Shown here: piece after piece, positions 1 through 9,728 of the stretch | Layout of the letters: the number at the start of each line of letters is the position of its first letter | How positions within the stretch are numbered: position 1 is the stretch's first letter | Assembly (NCBI GenBank): GCA_034436775.1 | Contig: DAOTVI010000067.1 | Span: 9,173-73,172 of the forward strand | Source: Anaerolineae bacterium | Lineage (GTDB): Bacteria > Chloroflexota > Anaerolineae > 4572-78 > NAK82 | Direction of reading: 5' to 3' | DNA: 64,000 nucleotides | The notes under the pieces: model-generated | What the model was told of the DNA's origin: nothing | What the model saw: only the letters and a program-made list of their open reading frames with translations | Database searches by the model: none | Program-made: the position numbers and the translations under genes

Positions 1-45
1 ACGCCCCATAGTTTCCTTTCACATCCCGCATCGCAATCGGGAAAG

Positions 46-80
46 CTCCCTTCTTCCCTTGCATCCTGGGAGGAAGGGAG
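46..80 (-). terminator. Hairpin downstream of the binding-protein gene ending at 119
   Basis: 13-bp stem CTCCCTTCTTCCC (46-58) / GGGAGGAAGGGAG (68-80) with one G-U pair and a 9-nt loop. On the minus strand it is followed by GCTTTCCC, only weakly U-rich. Confidence 0.35.
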
Positions 81-118
81 CCGGCGCTGCTACACGATGA
101 AATCTGCCCCCTGATCCC

Positions 119-1876
119 TCACTTATTGATCTTCCACTTCTCGTAGGCCTCGTGGCCACCGAGACCGTAGGTGCGCGTCACGTAGGGCTTGGTGACCTGG
201 ACGCGTGTGTACCAGTAAATGGGGATGATGGCCGCGTCCTCTTCCACCAGGATCTTTTCGGCCTGGACGTACAAATCGTGGCGCTTCTGCAGGTCGGTCT
301 CGACGGCCGCCTGGTCCACCAGCTGGTCGAATTTCTCGTTCTTCCAGCGGGTGTGGTTGTTGCCCGAGTCGGAGCGGAAGACACCGCGGGCGAAGTTGTC
401 GGCATCGGCATAGTCATAGCACCAGCCCAGCCGCCAGACTTGCGGCGGGTCGCTGTCCAGCGTATCCAGGTAGACCTTCCACTCCTGGGTGACCAGGTTC
501 ACTTTGACGCCGAGCGTCTCCTGCCACATCTGCTGGATCGCCTCGGCGATCTTCACGTGACCCTCCACCTGGTTGACCATCAGGGTGATCTCGGGCAGTT
601 TGTCGGCGCTGCCGTACTTGGAAGCGGCGAGGAACTCCTTCGCCTTGGCCGGGTCACCCGCAACGGGCGGGCCGAAGTCGTCCCCCCTAGCCGGGTCGGG
701 CGCAGCGGTCAGGCCAGGCCGCGAGAACCAGCGTGCCGGCTCCTGTCCACCCTTGGTCACGTTCTCCACGATGGCCTTGCGGTTGACCGCCCAAGAGAAC
801 GCCTTGCGCACGTTTACATCGTCGAAGGGTGGCTTGGTCACATTGAAGCCATAATAGTAAGTGCAGAATTCTGGGTTGATGCTGAGCTCCTTGGAGAGCA
901 CCGGGTCTGCCTTGACGCGATCCAGCTCGGTGAGCGGCACCCCCGCAACATCCGCCAGCCCGGCCTCATAGTTGGCAAAAGAGGGCGACTCGTCCAGCAT
1001 GGTGAAATGGATGTACTTGATGCTGGGCTTGGGCACCGAATCGATGCCGGGCCAGAAGGGGTTGGCCACCAGCGTGGCCGACACATCGTGTGTCCAGTCA
1101 CCCAGCACATAGGGACCATAGCTCTGGATATTTTCGGGCTCGATCCACTTGTCACCCTTCTCTTCGATCAGCCACCTAGGCTGCGCCCAGTTGATCCACA
1201 TGCTGGCGATGCCGGGGAAGAAGGAGGCCGGCTGGGTGAGGGTATATTCGATGGTGTAATCGTCCAGGGCGCGCACGCCGATCTCATCCACCTTGCCGTA
1301 CAGCGGATCCTGATCTCCCAGCTCGCTGCCGCCGTTGACCGCCTGCGCGTTCTTGATGATCCAGTTCATGTAGGCATAATTGGAGCCCGTCTTGGGGTCC
1401 AGTGTGCGCTTGACGCCATACACAAAGTCGTGCGCAGTGACGTAGCGAGGCTCACCCTTCTCATCCTTCACGACGACCACCTCGCCTGTTTCACGGTCGT
1501 AATGCACCCAGGGGATCCCTTTGCGCAGAGTGAAGGTGTACACCAGCCCATCGTCAGAAACCTTCCACTCTGTGGCCATCCCGGGCTCCACCTCGGCGGT
1601 CTGCTCGTTCAGGCGGGTCAGCCCGACAAAGAGCTCGAGTCCCATCTGGATGGAGGTGGTGTCCTCGGCCAATGAGGGATCGAGCGTGGGAATGTCACCT
1701 ACGCCAAATAGAGCGGTGTTAAGTGTCTCCTTGGCTGGTAGATTTGCAGGATCAATCTTGCCGATTTTCACAACGGTAGGAGCGCCAACACCCCTTATCA
1801 GAAAGAACCATGCGGCAATCACAATGATCACCACCAGCAATACTAACAATGCTGCAATCACTTTTCTTGAGGACAT
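119..1876 (-). CDS. ABC transporter substrate-binding protein, family 5 (peptide/nickel, OppA/DppA-like)
   Basis: 585-aa ORF with an N-terminal signal anchor (MSSRKVIAALLVLLVVIIVIAAWFF). Full-length resemblance to family-5 SBPs (e.g. FNVTKPPFDDVNVRKAF block). Confidence 0.9.
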   Translation of the reverse strand: MSSRKVIAALLVLLVVIIVIAAWFFLIRGVGAPTVVKIGKIDPANLPAKETLNTALFGVGDIPTLDPSLAEDTTSIQMGLELFVGLTRLNEQTAEVEPGMATEWKVSDDGLVYTFTLRKGIPWVHYDRETGEVVVVKDEKGEPRYVTAHDFVYGVKRTLDPKTGSNYAYMNWIIKNAQAVNGGSELGDQDPLYGKVDEIGVRALDDYTIEYTLTQPASFFPGIASMWINWAQPRWLIEEKGDKWIEPENIQSYGPYVLGDWTHDVSATLVANPFWPGIDSVPKPSIKYIHFTMLDESPSFANYEAGLADVAGVPLTELDRVKADPVLSKELSINPEFCTYYYGFNVTKPPFDDVNVRKAFSWAVNRKAIVENVTKGGQEPARWFSRPGLTAAPDPARGDDFGPPVAGDPAKAKEFLAASKYGSADKLPEITLMVNQVEGHVKIAEAIQQMWQETLGVKVNLVTQEWKVYLDTLDSDPPQVWRLGWCYDYADADNFARGVFRSDSGNNHTRWKNEKFDQLVDQAAVETDLQKRHDLYVQAEKILVEEDAAIIPIYWYTRVQVTKPYVTRTYGLGGHEAYEKWKINK

Positions 1877-2025
1877 GGGTTTCCTCCCTCCTGGTTATAT
1901 CTCCTTCTAAATCTGAGACTGGCAGGCACGCTGAAGCTTTGTCTAATCCTAGCGGTCTGTTGCATCCTCCTTGGACAAAAGGACAGTAAGGGGCGCCCTC
2001 GACCACCTCCTTTCCCATGGGTTTT

Positions 2026-3015
2026 CTAGTAGAGATAACACGCCACCCAGTGCCCACCACCCACATCCTTGAACGGCGGATCCACGGTGTGACAGATGTC
2101 CATCACACGCGGACAGCGCGTGTTGAAATTGCAGCCCTTGGGTGGATTGGCGGGGCTGGGCACATCACCCTGCAGAATAATGCGCTGACGACGTTCTTCG
2201 ACGAAGGGATCAGGGATCGGCACCGCACTCAACAACGCCTGGGTGTAAGGATGCAACGGATTATTGTACAGCTCATCCCGATCGGCCAGCTCCATCAGCT
2301 TGCCCAGGTACATCACCGCAATGCGATCGCTGATGTGGCGCACCACGCTCAAATCGTGGGCGATGAAGAGATAGGTCAACCCGAACTGCGCTTGCAAATC
2401 CATCAGCAAATTGATGATCTGGGCTTGGATGGACACGTCGAGCGCGGAGATGGGCTCGTCGCACACGATGAATTCCGGGTTGACCGCCAAAGCGCGCGCG
2501 ATGCCGATGCGCTGGCGTTGACCACCTGAGAACTCGTGCGGATAGCGGTTGATGAAATACGGGTTAAGACCCACCACCCGTAGCAGTTCCTGGACACGTT
2601 CCTGGCGCTCTTTGCGCGAGGGATAGATGTTGTGCACCTCCAGCGGCTCGCTGATGATGCTGCCCACCGTCATGCGCGGATTGAGCGAAGCGTAGGGGTC
2701 CTGGAAGATCATTTGCATCTCGCGTCGTTTGCGGCGCAGCGCTTCACCCTTCAACCGGGTCAGATCCTCGCCCTTGAAATAGACGTGCCCGGCGGTGGGC
2801 CGATAGAGCTGCAAGATGGCACGCCCGGCGGTGGACTTCCCGCAGCCCGACTCACCTACCAGGCCCAACGTCTCCCCCTTCTTGACCTGGAAGCTGATGT
2901 CGTCCACCGCTTTGATATCACCCACGTGGCGTTGGATCACAATGCCACGGGTGATCGGGAAGTACATTTTCAGGCCCTGTACATCGAGCAAAACATTGTT
3001 GTTGGCCATAGGCAT
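2026..3015 (-). CDS. Oligopeptide/dipeptide ABC transporter ATP-binding protein (OppF/DppF-like)
   Basis: Walker [10 protein letters not shown], signature [15 protein letters not shown], Walker [13 protein letters not shown], and a C-terminal oligopeptide-type extension. Start set at ATG 3015 ([15 protein letters not shown]), just after the upstream stop at 3033; the ORF-track start at 3126 would overlap the upstream gene. Confidence 0.9.
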   Translation of the reverse strand: MPMANNNVLLDVQGLKMYFPITRGIVIQRHVGDIKAVDDISFQVKKGETLGLVGESGCGKSTAGRAILQLYRPTAGHVYFKGEDLTRLKGEALRRKRREMQMIFQDPYASLNPRMTVGSIISEPLEVHNIYPSRKERQERVQELLRVVGLNPYFINRYPHEFSGGQRQRIGIARALAVNPEFIVCDEPISALDVSIQAQIINLLMDLQAQFGLTYLFIAHDLSVVRHISDRIAVMYLGKLMELADRDELYNNPLHPYTQALLSAVPIPDPFVEERRQRIILQGDVPSPANPPKGCNFNTRCPRVMDICHTVDPPFKDVGGGHWVACYLY

Positions 3016-3032
3016 CCGACACCTCGTCAGAT

Positions 3033-4016
3033 TTATATCCGCGGCCGGCCCGTGGTCACATCCACCCAACACGCCGCCTTGTGATTCGGAGCTACCGGTT
3101 CCAGCGGTGGGTTCTCGGCCAGGCAATGATCAATGCGATAATTACACCGTTCATAGAACGGGCATCCCTGCGGCAGTCCAATCAGATCGGGGGGTAAACC
3201 CTCGATGGAGGTCAAGCGGCGCCGGCGCGCCTCGTCCAGGCGTGGCAGAGAACCCAGCAGACCGATCGTGTAGGGATGACGCGGGTCCTTGTAGAGATCC
3301 TTAACAGGGGCTTCTTCCACGATGTAACCGGCATACATCACCGCCACACGGTTGGCCAATCCCGCTACCACGCCCAGGTCATGGGTGATCCAGATGATCG
3401 CCATGCCGATCTCATCGCGCAACTTCTTGACCAGGTCCACGATCTGCGCCTGGATGGTCACGTCCAGTGCGGTGGTCGGCTCATCGGCGATGAGCAGCTG
3501 GGGATTGCAGCTGAGCGCCATAGCGATCATAACACGCTGGCGCATGCCCCCGCTGAACTGATGCGGATAGTCGTCCACGCGTGCCGCGGCCATCGGGATG
3601 CCCACCATCTCCAACAGCTCGATAGTGCGGCGGCGTGCCTCACGCTTGCTCATGCCCAGATGCAGCTCCAGCGCTTCGCTGACCTGACGCCCGATGGTGA
3701 GCACCGGATTGAGCGAGGTCATAGGGTCCTGGAAAATCATAGCAATCTTATTGCCGCGCACCGAGCGCATTTCCTCGTCGCTGATGCGCATGAGGTCACG
3801 TCCCTGAAAGAGCACCTGTCCACTTACGATCTTGCCAGGAGGCATCGGGATCAAGCGCATGAGCGAGAGCACACCCACGCTCTTGCCACAGCCGCTTTCC
3901 CCTACGATGCCCAATGTCTCACCCTCATTCAGATGGTAGGAGATGCCGTTTACCGCATGAACCACACCATCCTGGGTGAAGAAATGGGTTCTTAAATCCC
4001 TCACTTCAAGCAACAT
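3033..4016 (-). CDS. Oligopeptide/dipeptide ABC transporter ATP-binding protein (OppD/DppD-like)
   Basis: Walker A GESGCGKS, signature [15 protein letters not shown], Walker [13 protein letters not shown], and a C-terminal Opp-type domain. Confidence 0.9.
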   Translation of the reverse strand: MLLEVRDLRTHFFTQDGVVHAVNGISYHLNEGETLGIVGESGCGKSVGVLSLMRLIPMPPGKIVSGQVLFQGRDLMRISDEEMRSVRGNKIAMIFQDPMTSLNPVLTIGRQVSEALELHLGMSKREARRRTIELLEMVGIPMAAARVDDYPHQFSGGMRQRVMIAMALSCNPQLLIADEPTTALDVTIQAQIVDLVKKLRDEIGMAIIWITHDLGVVAGLANRVAVMYAGYIVEEAPVKDLYKDPRHPYTIGLLGSLPRLDEARRRRLTSIEGLPPDLIGLPQGCPFYERCNYRIDHCLAENPPLEPVAPNHKAACWVDVTTGRPRI

Positions 4017-4184
4017 ATGTCAACCATCCCCCTATAGACGGAGAATCGAGCATGTCTGTAAATGCCAAAGGCCCCATGGGGATTGCACGGGGTACCGATA
4101 AGCACCATGCACCTCTGAGCAAGGCATAACGCGCCAGGGATGACACAGGGCAGATGAGTTCGCTCAGCGCAACAGTGCTCGTGT

Positions 4185-5909
4185 TTAGCGCTCCAGAGTG
4201 TAGTACTGAAACTTGGGCGCCACCATCGGCGGCAGCCAGACATTCTTCACATACGGTTTGACCAGCCAATATTGCACGTCGAAGAAAAGCGGCACCCATG
4301 GTGCGTCACTGATCACCATCTGTTCTACACGACGATACAGCGACTCGCGCGCCTGGGGATTTTGTTCTACTGCTGCCTGATCCAGCAGCTGGTCCACCTC
4401 TGGGTTGCAGTAGAAACTGTGATTTTGCCGGCTATTACAGCGGAACAACACGTCTAGGAAGTTATGGGGGTCAGGATAGTCGGCAATCCAGCCCGCCTCG
4501 CCACCCCACATCTGGTTGGTGTTGTTCGGATCGTTCAAATCACGCAAATAAGTTGCCCAATCGGTCTGCTGCACCTGGAGTTCCACCCCTAAGTTTTCCC
4601 GGTAGGAGGCGACGACGGCTTCGATGAGGCGTCCGGTCGCACCTCCCGCACCCAACACATGGAAAGTGATGTCAGGAAACTCGGTGACATCTTCATACTT
4701 CGACTCGGCAATTAGCTGGCGTGCCTTCTCCAGGTCGAAGCCCAACGGCTTGAGCTCCGGGTTACTATAATGAGGCATTGAAGGTGGAATAACCCCCCAA
4801 GCCACCTTCCTGGTCTTCTTGTACACCAGGTTGATAATGCGCTCGCGGTCCAGTGCATGGTTGAAAGCCTGGCGGACTTTTATATCATCAAACGGTGGCT
4901 GGCGCGTGTTCATTTCGATATAGTAAACACCCAAGCTTTCCACCGGCACCAACTCGCGGTTGAGCGGGTTGAGTGGGTCGGAGACCCGCTCGATGTCGTT
5001 CAGGCCTACCGGGGTCATGTCCAGAGCACCTTGTTCATACATCACCATCGCAGACCCGCCGCCCAGGACGAACTCGACGCGTTCCAGAAGTGGTTTGGGC
5101 TCACGATAGTAACGTTCGTTGCGCTCCAGCACGATGCGCTCGCCCGGCCTGAGCTCGGCCAGCTTGAAAGGTCCTGTGCCGTTGGGTGAAGCGGTCCATG
5201 TGCGACCCCCGCGCTCGACATTCTCCCGATCGAGAACAAAAGCGGCCGGGAAGCTCATCTTAGATATGAAATACACGCGCGGCCGATCAATGGTGATGCG
5301 CAGCGTGAAGTCATCGAGCACTTCCACGCCCTTTACCTGGTCGGCCCGACCACGGAGCTTATCGCGGCAGCCGAGGATATCGCCCAGGTAGGTGTCTGCC
5401 GTGATCGAGCGTGTCTGAGGGTCACAGGCGCGCTCAAAGGACCACTTGAAATCCTGCGCGCGTACCGGTTTGCTGTCATGGAAGGTAGCATCCTTGCGCA
5501 GGAAAAAGGTATATTGCGTGCCCGACGCGTCCACCTCCCAGCGCTCCGCCAGGTCAGGCACCAGGTTCAGATCGCGGTCGAAGGTTACCAAGCCGCTGAA
5601 GATCTCGACGATGTACTCCGCCGAGGTGGAATCGCCGCTCAACTGAGGGTCCAGGGTGGGGGGATCACCCCCCGGGAGGCGTAACACCAGCCGGCCCGAA
5701 AGGGAGGGGCGAGGGAGGTTTCCACCCTCTGCCCCGCGCGCCGACGGGGTGAGAGCGCGCTCGAACAATTGGGTGAACGTCGCCTCGGACGCCAGCTGTT
5801 GCACCAGAGACCGCCCACCCAATACCAGCACGGCACAAAAACCAACCAGACAGATCAAGGCCGCCACGACAACCACAGGCACCCAACGCTTGGATTGCGA
5901 CATGATCAA
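4185..5909 (-). CDS. ABC transporter substrate-binding protein, family 5 (second copy)
   Basis: 574-aa ORF with a signal anchor (VVVVAALICLVGFCAVLVLGG). Family-5 SBP blocks (MNTRQPPFDDIKVRQAFNHALDR). Confidence 0.9.
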   Translation of the reverse strand: MIMSQSKRWVPVVVVAALICLVGFCAVLVLGGRSLVQQLASEATFTQLFERALTPSARGAEGGNLPRPSLSGRLVLRLPGGDPPTLDPQLSGDSTSAEYIVEIFSGLVTFDRDLNLVPDLAERWEVDASGTQYTFFLRKDATFHDSKPVRAQDFKWSFERACDPQTRSITADTYLGDILGCRDKLRGRADQVKGVEVLDDFTLRITIDRPRVYFISKMSFPAAFVLDRENVERGGRTWTASPNGTGPFKLAELRPGERIVLERNERYYREPKPLLERVEFVLGGGSAMVMYEQGALDMTPVGLNDIERVSDPLNPLNRELVPVESLGVYYIEMNTRQPPFDDIKVRQAFNHALDRERIINLVYKKTRKVAWGVIPPSMPHYSNPELKPLGFDLEKARQLIAESKYEDVTEFPDITFHVLGAGGATGRLIEAVVASYRENLGVELQVQQTDWATYLRDLNDPNNTNQMWGGEAGWIADYPDPHNFLDVLFRCNSRQNHSFYCNPEVDQLLDQAAVEQNPQARESLYRRVEQMVISDAPWVPLFFDVQYWLVKPYVKNVWLPPMVAPKFQYYTLER

Positions 5910-5966
5910 ACTTCCTCAAACATGTAACACTAGGAATAATCCAATAAATCGGTTAAGGTTGGGCAC

Positions 5967-5995
5967 ATTCTAGCTGTAAAGTTCTCAAAAGTCAA
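5967..5995 (-). promoter_or_regulatory. Sigma-70-like promoter for the SBP/ATPase operon
   Basis: Minus strand reads TTGACT (5995-5990), a 17-nt spacer, then TAGAAT (5972-5967). It lies about 55 nt upstream of ATG 5909 in an AT-rich gap. Confidence 0.45.
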
Positions 5996-7557
5996 GGCCT
6001 GCGTTCCCGGAGAGGCAGGGTAAAGGAGAAAGTCGAGCCGCGGCCCAGCTGACTATCCACCCACACCCGCCCACCGTGGGCTTCGACGACCGACTTGACC
6101 AGGAACAGGCCCAACCCTGCCCCCGGTGTTTGCCGCGTCAGGCTGCTGTCCACCCGGCTGAAAGGTTCAAAGATGCGTTCTTGTTCGTCTTCCGGAATGC
6201 CCACACCCTCGTCGCTGACGCTGATCACCACCTCGTGGTCACGCACCGTGCCGCTGACCCGGATCAATCCTCCGGCAGGGGAGTACTTGATGGCATTGTT
6301 GATCAGATTGCTGAGCACTTCGCGGATGCGTTCATAGTCCGCCTGGACAGGGGGAAAATCGGGTGGAAAGTCCACCGAGAAGGTATGCTGTTGTGTCTGG
6401 GCACGCAGTTTTTGCACCACCTTTTCCACAAGCGAAGGCAGGTCGATGTAGGTGAACTGCAATTTCAAACCTCCCGCCTGCAAGCGGCTGGCATTCAGCA
6501 AATTGTCAATGAGCTCATTGAGCTTATCCGCTTCTTCTTCGATCACACGCAGCCCTTCGGTCAGGGTTTCACGGTCCCAGTTGGCGTCCTGGCGTGCCAG
6601 CGTGCCGGCATATCCTTTGATGACGCTCACCGGGGTCTTCAGTTCGTGCGAGATCACCGAGAGCAGCATATTCTTCATCTCCTCGGCATCGCGCAGGCGG
6701 CTCACATCACGCACATTGGCGATGACCTGGACGATGTTTCCTTCGCGGTCATACTGGGGTGAATAGTTGTCGGCCAGACTCACTTTGACGCCATCCACAC
6801 GACGGGTGTCGCCCTCGGCATACAAGCGCCCGTCCGGCGGCGGATGCACCAGGGGACACATAGTGTGGCATACGCTTATCCCCCCTCTGGTCTTCAGGTC
6901 CAGAACTTCATAGCAATGCCGTCCAATAGCATCCTCGGCGGGCACTCCGGTCATGTTCACCAAGGCTCGATTCCATATGCGGATGGTACGATCGGGGTCG
7001 AGGATCATCACACCATCACCGCTGTTCTCGATAATGGCATTCAGCCGCGCGCGTTCTGCTTCCACCTGCTGATAGAGTCGGGCGTTTTGCACGGTGATCG
7101 CCGCCTGATCCGCAAAATCGGCCAGCAGCTGGCGATCGTGGAGGGTGAAATCCGCACCGAATGCGCGGATGACATAGATAATGCCGATAACCTCATCGCC
7201 GATGACCATCGGCAACGCGATCACCTGGCGCAGGGGGACTCCTACCGCCGCCGAAGCGAGGTCAAGGCGAAACGAGAGGTCCGGGATATGCCAGTTGCGG
7301 CTGGTGGCATGACGGGGCAGATCGCGCCAGAGCGGCTCCAGCAGATGGATCGCTTGGATGGCCAAGCCATAGCTGGCACGCGGATAGAACGAGCCGTCCT
7401 CGCGCCGCAATACGATCAACCCGACCTGTCCACTCAACATCTCCACTGCACTTTGCAGAATCAGCTTGAGCAAGGAGGGCAAGTCGAGCTGGGCGGTCAT
7501 CGCGTGGATGATTTGCAGCAGATAATCGCGTTGTCGCAAACGATAATCTGAAAACAT
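5992..7557 (-). CDS. Cytoplasmic sensor histidine kinase (GAF-PAS-HisKA-HATPase_c)
   Basis: H-box [15 protein letters not shown] box [12 protein letters not shown] boxes DEGVGIPE and [19 protein letters not shown]-like segment [24 protein letters not shown]. No TM helices and no adjacent response regulator. Confidence 0.85.
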   Translation of the reverse strand: MFSDYRLRQRDYLLQIIHAMTAQLDLPSLLKLILQSAVEMLSGQVGLIVLRREDGSFYPRASYGLAIQAIHLLEPLWRDLPRHATSRNWHIPDLSFRLDLASAAVGVPLRQVIALPMVIGDEVIGIIYVIRAFGADFTLHDRQLLADFADQAAITVQNARLYQQVEAERARLNAIIENSGDGVMILDPDRTIRIWNRALVNMTGVPAEDAIGRHCYEVLDLKTRGGISVCHTMCPLVHPPPDGRLYAEGDTRRVDGVKVSLADNYSPQYDREGNIVQVIANVRDVSRLRDAEEMKNMLLSVISHELKTPVSVIKGYAGTLARQDANWDRETLTEGLRVIEEEADKLNELIDNLLNASRLQAGGLKLQFTYIDLPSLVEKVVQKLRAQTQQHTFSVDFPPDFPPVQADYERIREVLSNLINNAIKYSPAGGLIRVSGTVRDHEVVISVSDEGVGIPEDEQERIFEPFSRVDSSLTRQTPGAGLGLFLVKSVVEAHGGRVWVDSQLGRGSTFSFTLPLRERRP

Positions 7558-7603
7558 TATCCAAGGATGCCTTTCCTCATGTTGTAACGGACAGTTTTAC
7601 AGC

Positions 7604-7632
7604 ATTATAACACCTTGCCGTAAGAGTGTCAT
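7604..7632 (-). promoter_or_regulatory. Sigma-70-like promoter (extended -10) for the histidine kinase gene
   Basis: Minus strand reads ATGACA (7632-7627), a 17-nt spacer ending in TGt, then TATAAT (7609-7604). It lies about 45 nt upstream of ATG 7557. Confidence 0.5.
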
Positions 7633-7640
7633 CACAATTG

Positions 7641-7734
7641 GGGAGGGTTGTCGAAAAACTCTTGAGTTACCCGCGTTATCAGCCCATTATCCCACGAAAA
7701 TCTGATCCATTAAGGGGCTTTTTCAACTCCCTCC
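7641..7734. repeat. MITE-like 94-bp element, copy 1
   Basis: GGGAGGGTTGTCGAAAAAC...GCTTTTTCAACTCCCTCC, with imperfect terminal inverted repeats. About 75% identical to the copy at 7812-7904. Confidence 0.6.
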
Positions 7735-7736
7735 TC

Positions 7737-7765
7737 TTGACATTTTGAGCTGGGCGCGTTATAAA
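7737..7765 (+). promoter_or_regulatory. Near-consensus sigma-70 promoter between the two repeat copies
   Basis: TTGACA (7737-7742), a 17-nt spacer, then TATAAA (7760-7765). It points toward aroH, about 410 nt downstream. Confidence 0.35.
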
Positions 7766-7811
7766 GGTGATGATTCTGCCCGTATAGGTGGCTCTTCTCA
7801 AGAGGGAAAAA

Positions 7812-7904
7812 GGGAGGGTGTTGAAAAAAACCTTTAGTCACCCGCTTTATTGGCCCATTTTCCTACGAGAATATGAGCGGTTAAGGGACTTTTTCAACAT
7901 CCCC
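7812..7904. repeat. MITE-like 93-bp element, copy 2
   Basis: GGGAGGGTGTTGAAAAAAAC...GACTTTTTCAACATCCCC. The 9-bp perfect TIR core is GTTGAAAAA/TTTTTCAAC. Confidence 0.6.
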
Positions 7905-8042
7905 AAAAAGGGGTGATGCGCATTTCAGCGGTTGGGGTGCAGCAGGGCATGCCAACGTATAGCGGCGATTATTATTTTCAGCACCAAGCTCAGGTGCTGC
8001 CCTCACCCGAGTAGTGCTCTGTCAGGCGAGCGGTCGACTCAA

Positions 8043-8069
8043 GGGCGTGGAGCAGCTCGATCCACGCCC
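8043..8069 (+). terminator. Terminator-like hairpin in the aroH leader (possible attenuator)
   Basis: GGGCGTGGA (8043-8051) / TCCACGCCC (8061-8069), a 9-bp stem with a 9-nt loop, followed by TTACGTTTACT. It lies 110 nt upstream of the aroH start. Confidence 0.3.
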
Positions 8070-8178
8070 TTACGTTTACTGGCTCAAAGGGGCTTTCCGC
8101 AACTTGCTGTCGATGGCAGGAAATCCGACACTCCGAACCGAAAGCGTAGGGCCGCGAGATAACGTCAGGAGAGATATC

Positions 8179-8628
8179 ATGCCGGTTTGTCGAGGTGTAC
8201 GAGGGGCCACCACATGTGCAGCGAACACCCGCGAGGCGATCCTGACAGCCACGCGCGAATTATTAGTGCAGATGGTGGAACGTAACGGCATCGCCAGGAC
8301 GGACATCGCCAGCATATTCTTCACCACCAGCCCCGACCTCACGGCAGAATTCCCAGCCCTGGCAGCGCGCGAGCTCGGGTGGAACCACGTCGCTATGCTA
8401 TGCGCCCACGAGATCGCCGTGCCGCATGGATTGCCACGCTGCATCCGCGTGCTGATTCACTGGAACACCGACAAAGCCCCCGAAGAAATTCAACACGTCT
8501 ATCTGCACGATGCGGTGCATTTACGTCCCGATTGGTCAGAAGCAGGCAGTGAAGGATATCGCCTCCCAGATGAGGGCAAGGCTGTACTCGGATCCGCGGA
8601 TAGAAGTGAGGAAGAGGTGCCAAGATGA
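8179..8628 (+). CDS. aroH: Chorismate mutase, AroH class
   Basis: [24 protein letters not shown] and CIRVLIHW blocks typical of AroH-type monofunctional chorismate mutase. An AGGAGAG RBS precedes ATG 8179; the ORF-track start at 8014 adds 55 unrelated residues. About 25 extra C-terminal residues. Confidence 0.8.
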   Translation: MPVCRGVRGATTCAANTREAILTATRELLVQMVERNGIARTDIASIFFTTSPDLTAEFPALAARELGWNHVAMLCAHEIAVPHGLPRCIRVLIHWNTDKAPEEIQHVYLHDAVHLRPDWSEAGSEGYRLPDEGKAVLGSADRSEEEVPR

Positions 8629-9638
8629 TCATTGTCATGCGTATGGGCGCTACCCAGCAGGAGATCGAAGGTGTGGTGGCCCGTGTCCACGAATTGGGCT
8701 TCCGCACCCATCTGTCAAAAGGCGAAGAACGGACCATCATCGGGATCATCGGTGATGAGCGTCCTTTGGACAAGGACGCCCTGGCACGAATGCAAGGGGT
8801 GGAGCGGGTTGTCCCCATCTTGCATCCATTCAAGCTGGCCAGTCGAGACTTTAAACCCCATGACACGATCATCGAGATCGCCGGACACCCGGTGGGCGGC
8901 AAACAGCTCACCATCATAGCCGGTCCATGTGCCGTTGAGAGCCGAGCGCAGATCCTGGAAACGGCCCAGCTGGTCAAAGAGGCCGGCGCCCATATGCTGC
9001 GCGGCGGCGCCTTCAAGCCGCGAACCTCCCCCTATAGCTTCCAAGGGCTGGGTGAGGAGGCCCTGGTGTATCTCGCTGAGGCACGGGAGCGCACCGGTCT
9101 GCCCATCGTGACCGAGGTGATGTCGCCCGAGCAAGTGCCGCTGGTCGCAAAGTATGCCGACATCTTGCAGATCGGCACACGCAATATGCAGAACTATGCC
9201 CTTCTCCACGCCGTTGGCGAAGCTGGTTTCCCGGTGCTGCTCAAGCGAGGCATGATGTCCACAATTGAGGAACTGCTGATGAGCGCGGAATACATATTGT
9301 CACACGGCAATCACAAGGTGATCCTGTGTGAGCGGGGCATCCGCACGTTTGAAACGTACACGCGCAACACGCTGGACATCAACGCCATCCCGGTGCTCAA
9401 GGAGCTGACCCACCTGCCCGTCATTGTGGATCCCAGTCACGCCACCGGCAAGTGGAGCTTGGTCAGTGCCGTCTCACGCGCTTCGATAGCTGCCGGCGCG
9501 GATGGATTGATCATCGAGGTGCACCCCAATCCGGAAAAAGCCCTCTCCGACGGTGGACAGTCCTTGCGCGCGGCGCGTTTCGCCGAATTGATGAAACAGC
9601 TCGCACGGGTGAGCGACGCGGTCGGACGCACGTTGTAA
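8625..9638 (+). CDS. 3-deoxy-7-phosphoheptulonate (DAHP) synthase, type I-beta, with an N-terminal ferredoxin/ACT-like regulatory domain
   Basis: Core blocks [27 protein letters not shown] and VDPSHATGK. About 75-aa N-terminal extra domain. ATGA overlap with the aroH stop. Confidence 0.9.
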   Translation: MIIVMRMGATQQEIEGVVARVHELGFRTHLSKGEERTIIGIIGDERPLDKDALARMQGVERVVPILHPFKLASRDFKPHDTIIEIAGHPVGGKQLTIIAGPCAVESRAQILETAQLVKEAGAHMLRGGAFKPRTSPYSFQGLGEEALVYLAEARERTGLPIVTEVMSPEQVPLVAKYADILQIGTRNMQNYALLHAVGEAGFPVLLKRGMMSTIEELLMSAEYILSHGNHKVILCERGIRTFETYTRNTLDINAIPVLKELTHLPVIVDPSHATGKWSLVSAVSRASIAAGADGLIIEVHPNPEKALSDGGQSLRAARFAELMKQLARVSDAVGRTL

Positions 9639-9728
9639 GTGCGCAGCGCGTCCATTGGCTGGATCGTCTGTTTCCCACTACAATATGGGGAAAGCACATA
9701 GCGACACAACAGCCATTCTCAGGAGATC

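Noticed and set aside
7641-7904. Possible CRISPR array, given GTTGAAA-type repeats here and at 48297/48631
   Set aside because: The repeats are in alternating orientation and irregularly spaced, only 2 copies occur per locus, the internal sequence is itself repeated, and no cas genes are present. They behave as inverted-terminal or hairpin repeats, not a direct-repeat/spacer array.
8014-8178. Longer 204-aa version of the aroH ORF, including a Y-V-Y-W...F stretch that could have been an aromatic leader peptide
   Set aside because: The extension has no similarity to AroH, while ATG 8179 has a strong AGGAGAG RBS. The aromatic codons lie after rather than before the hairpin, which is the wrong geometry for classical attenuation.
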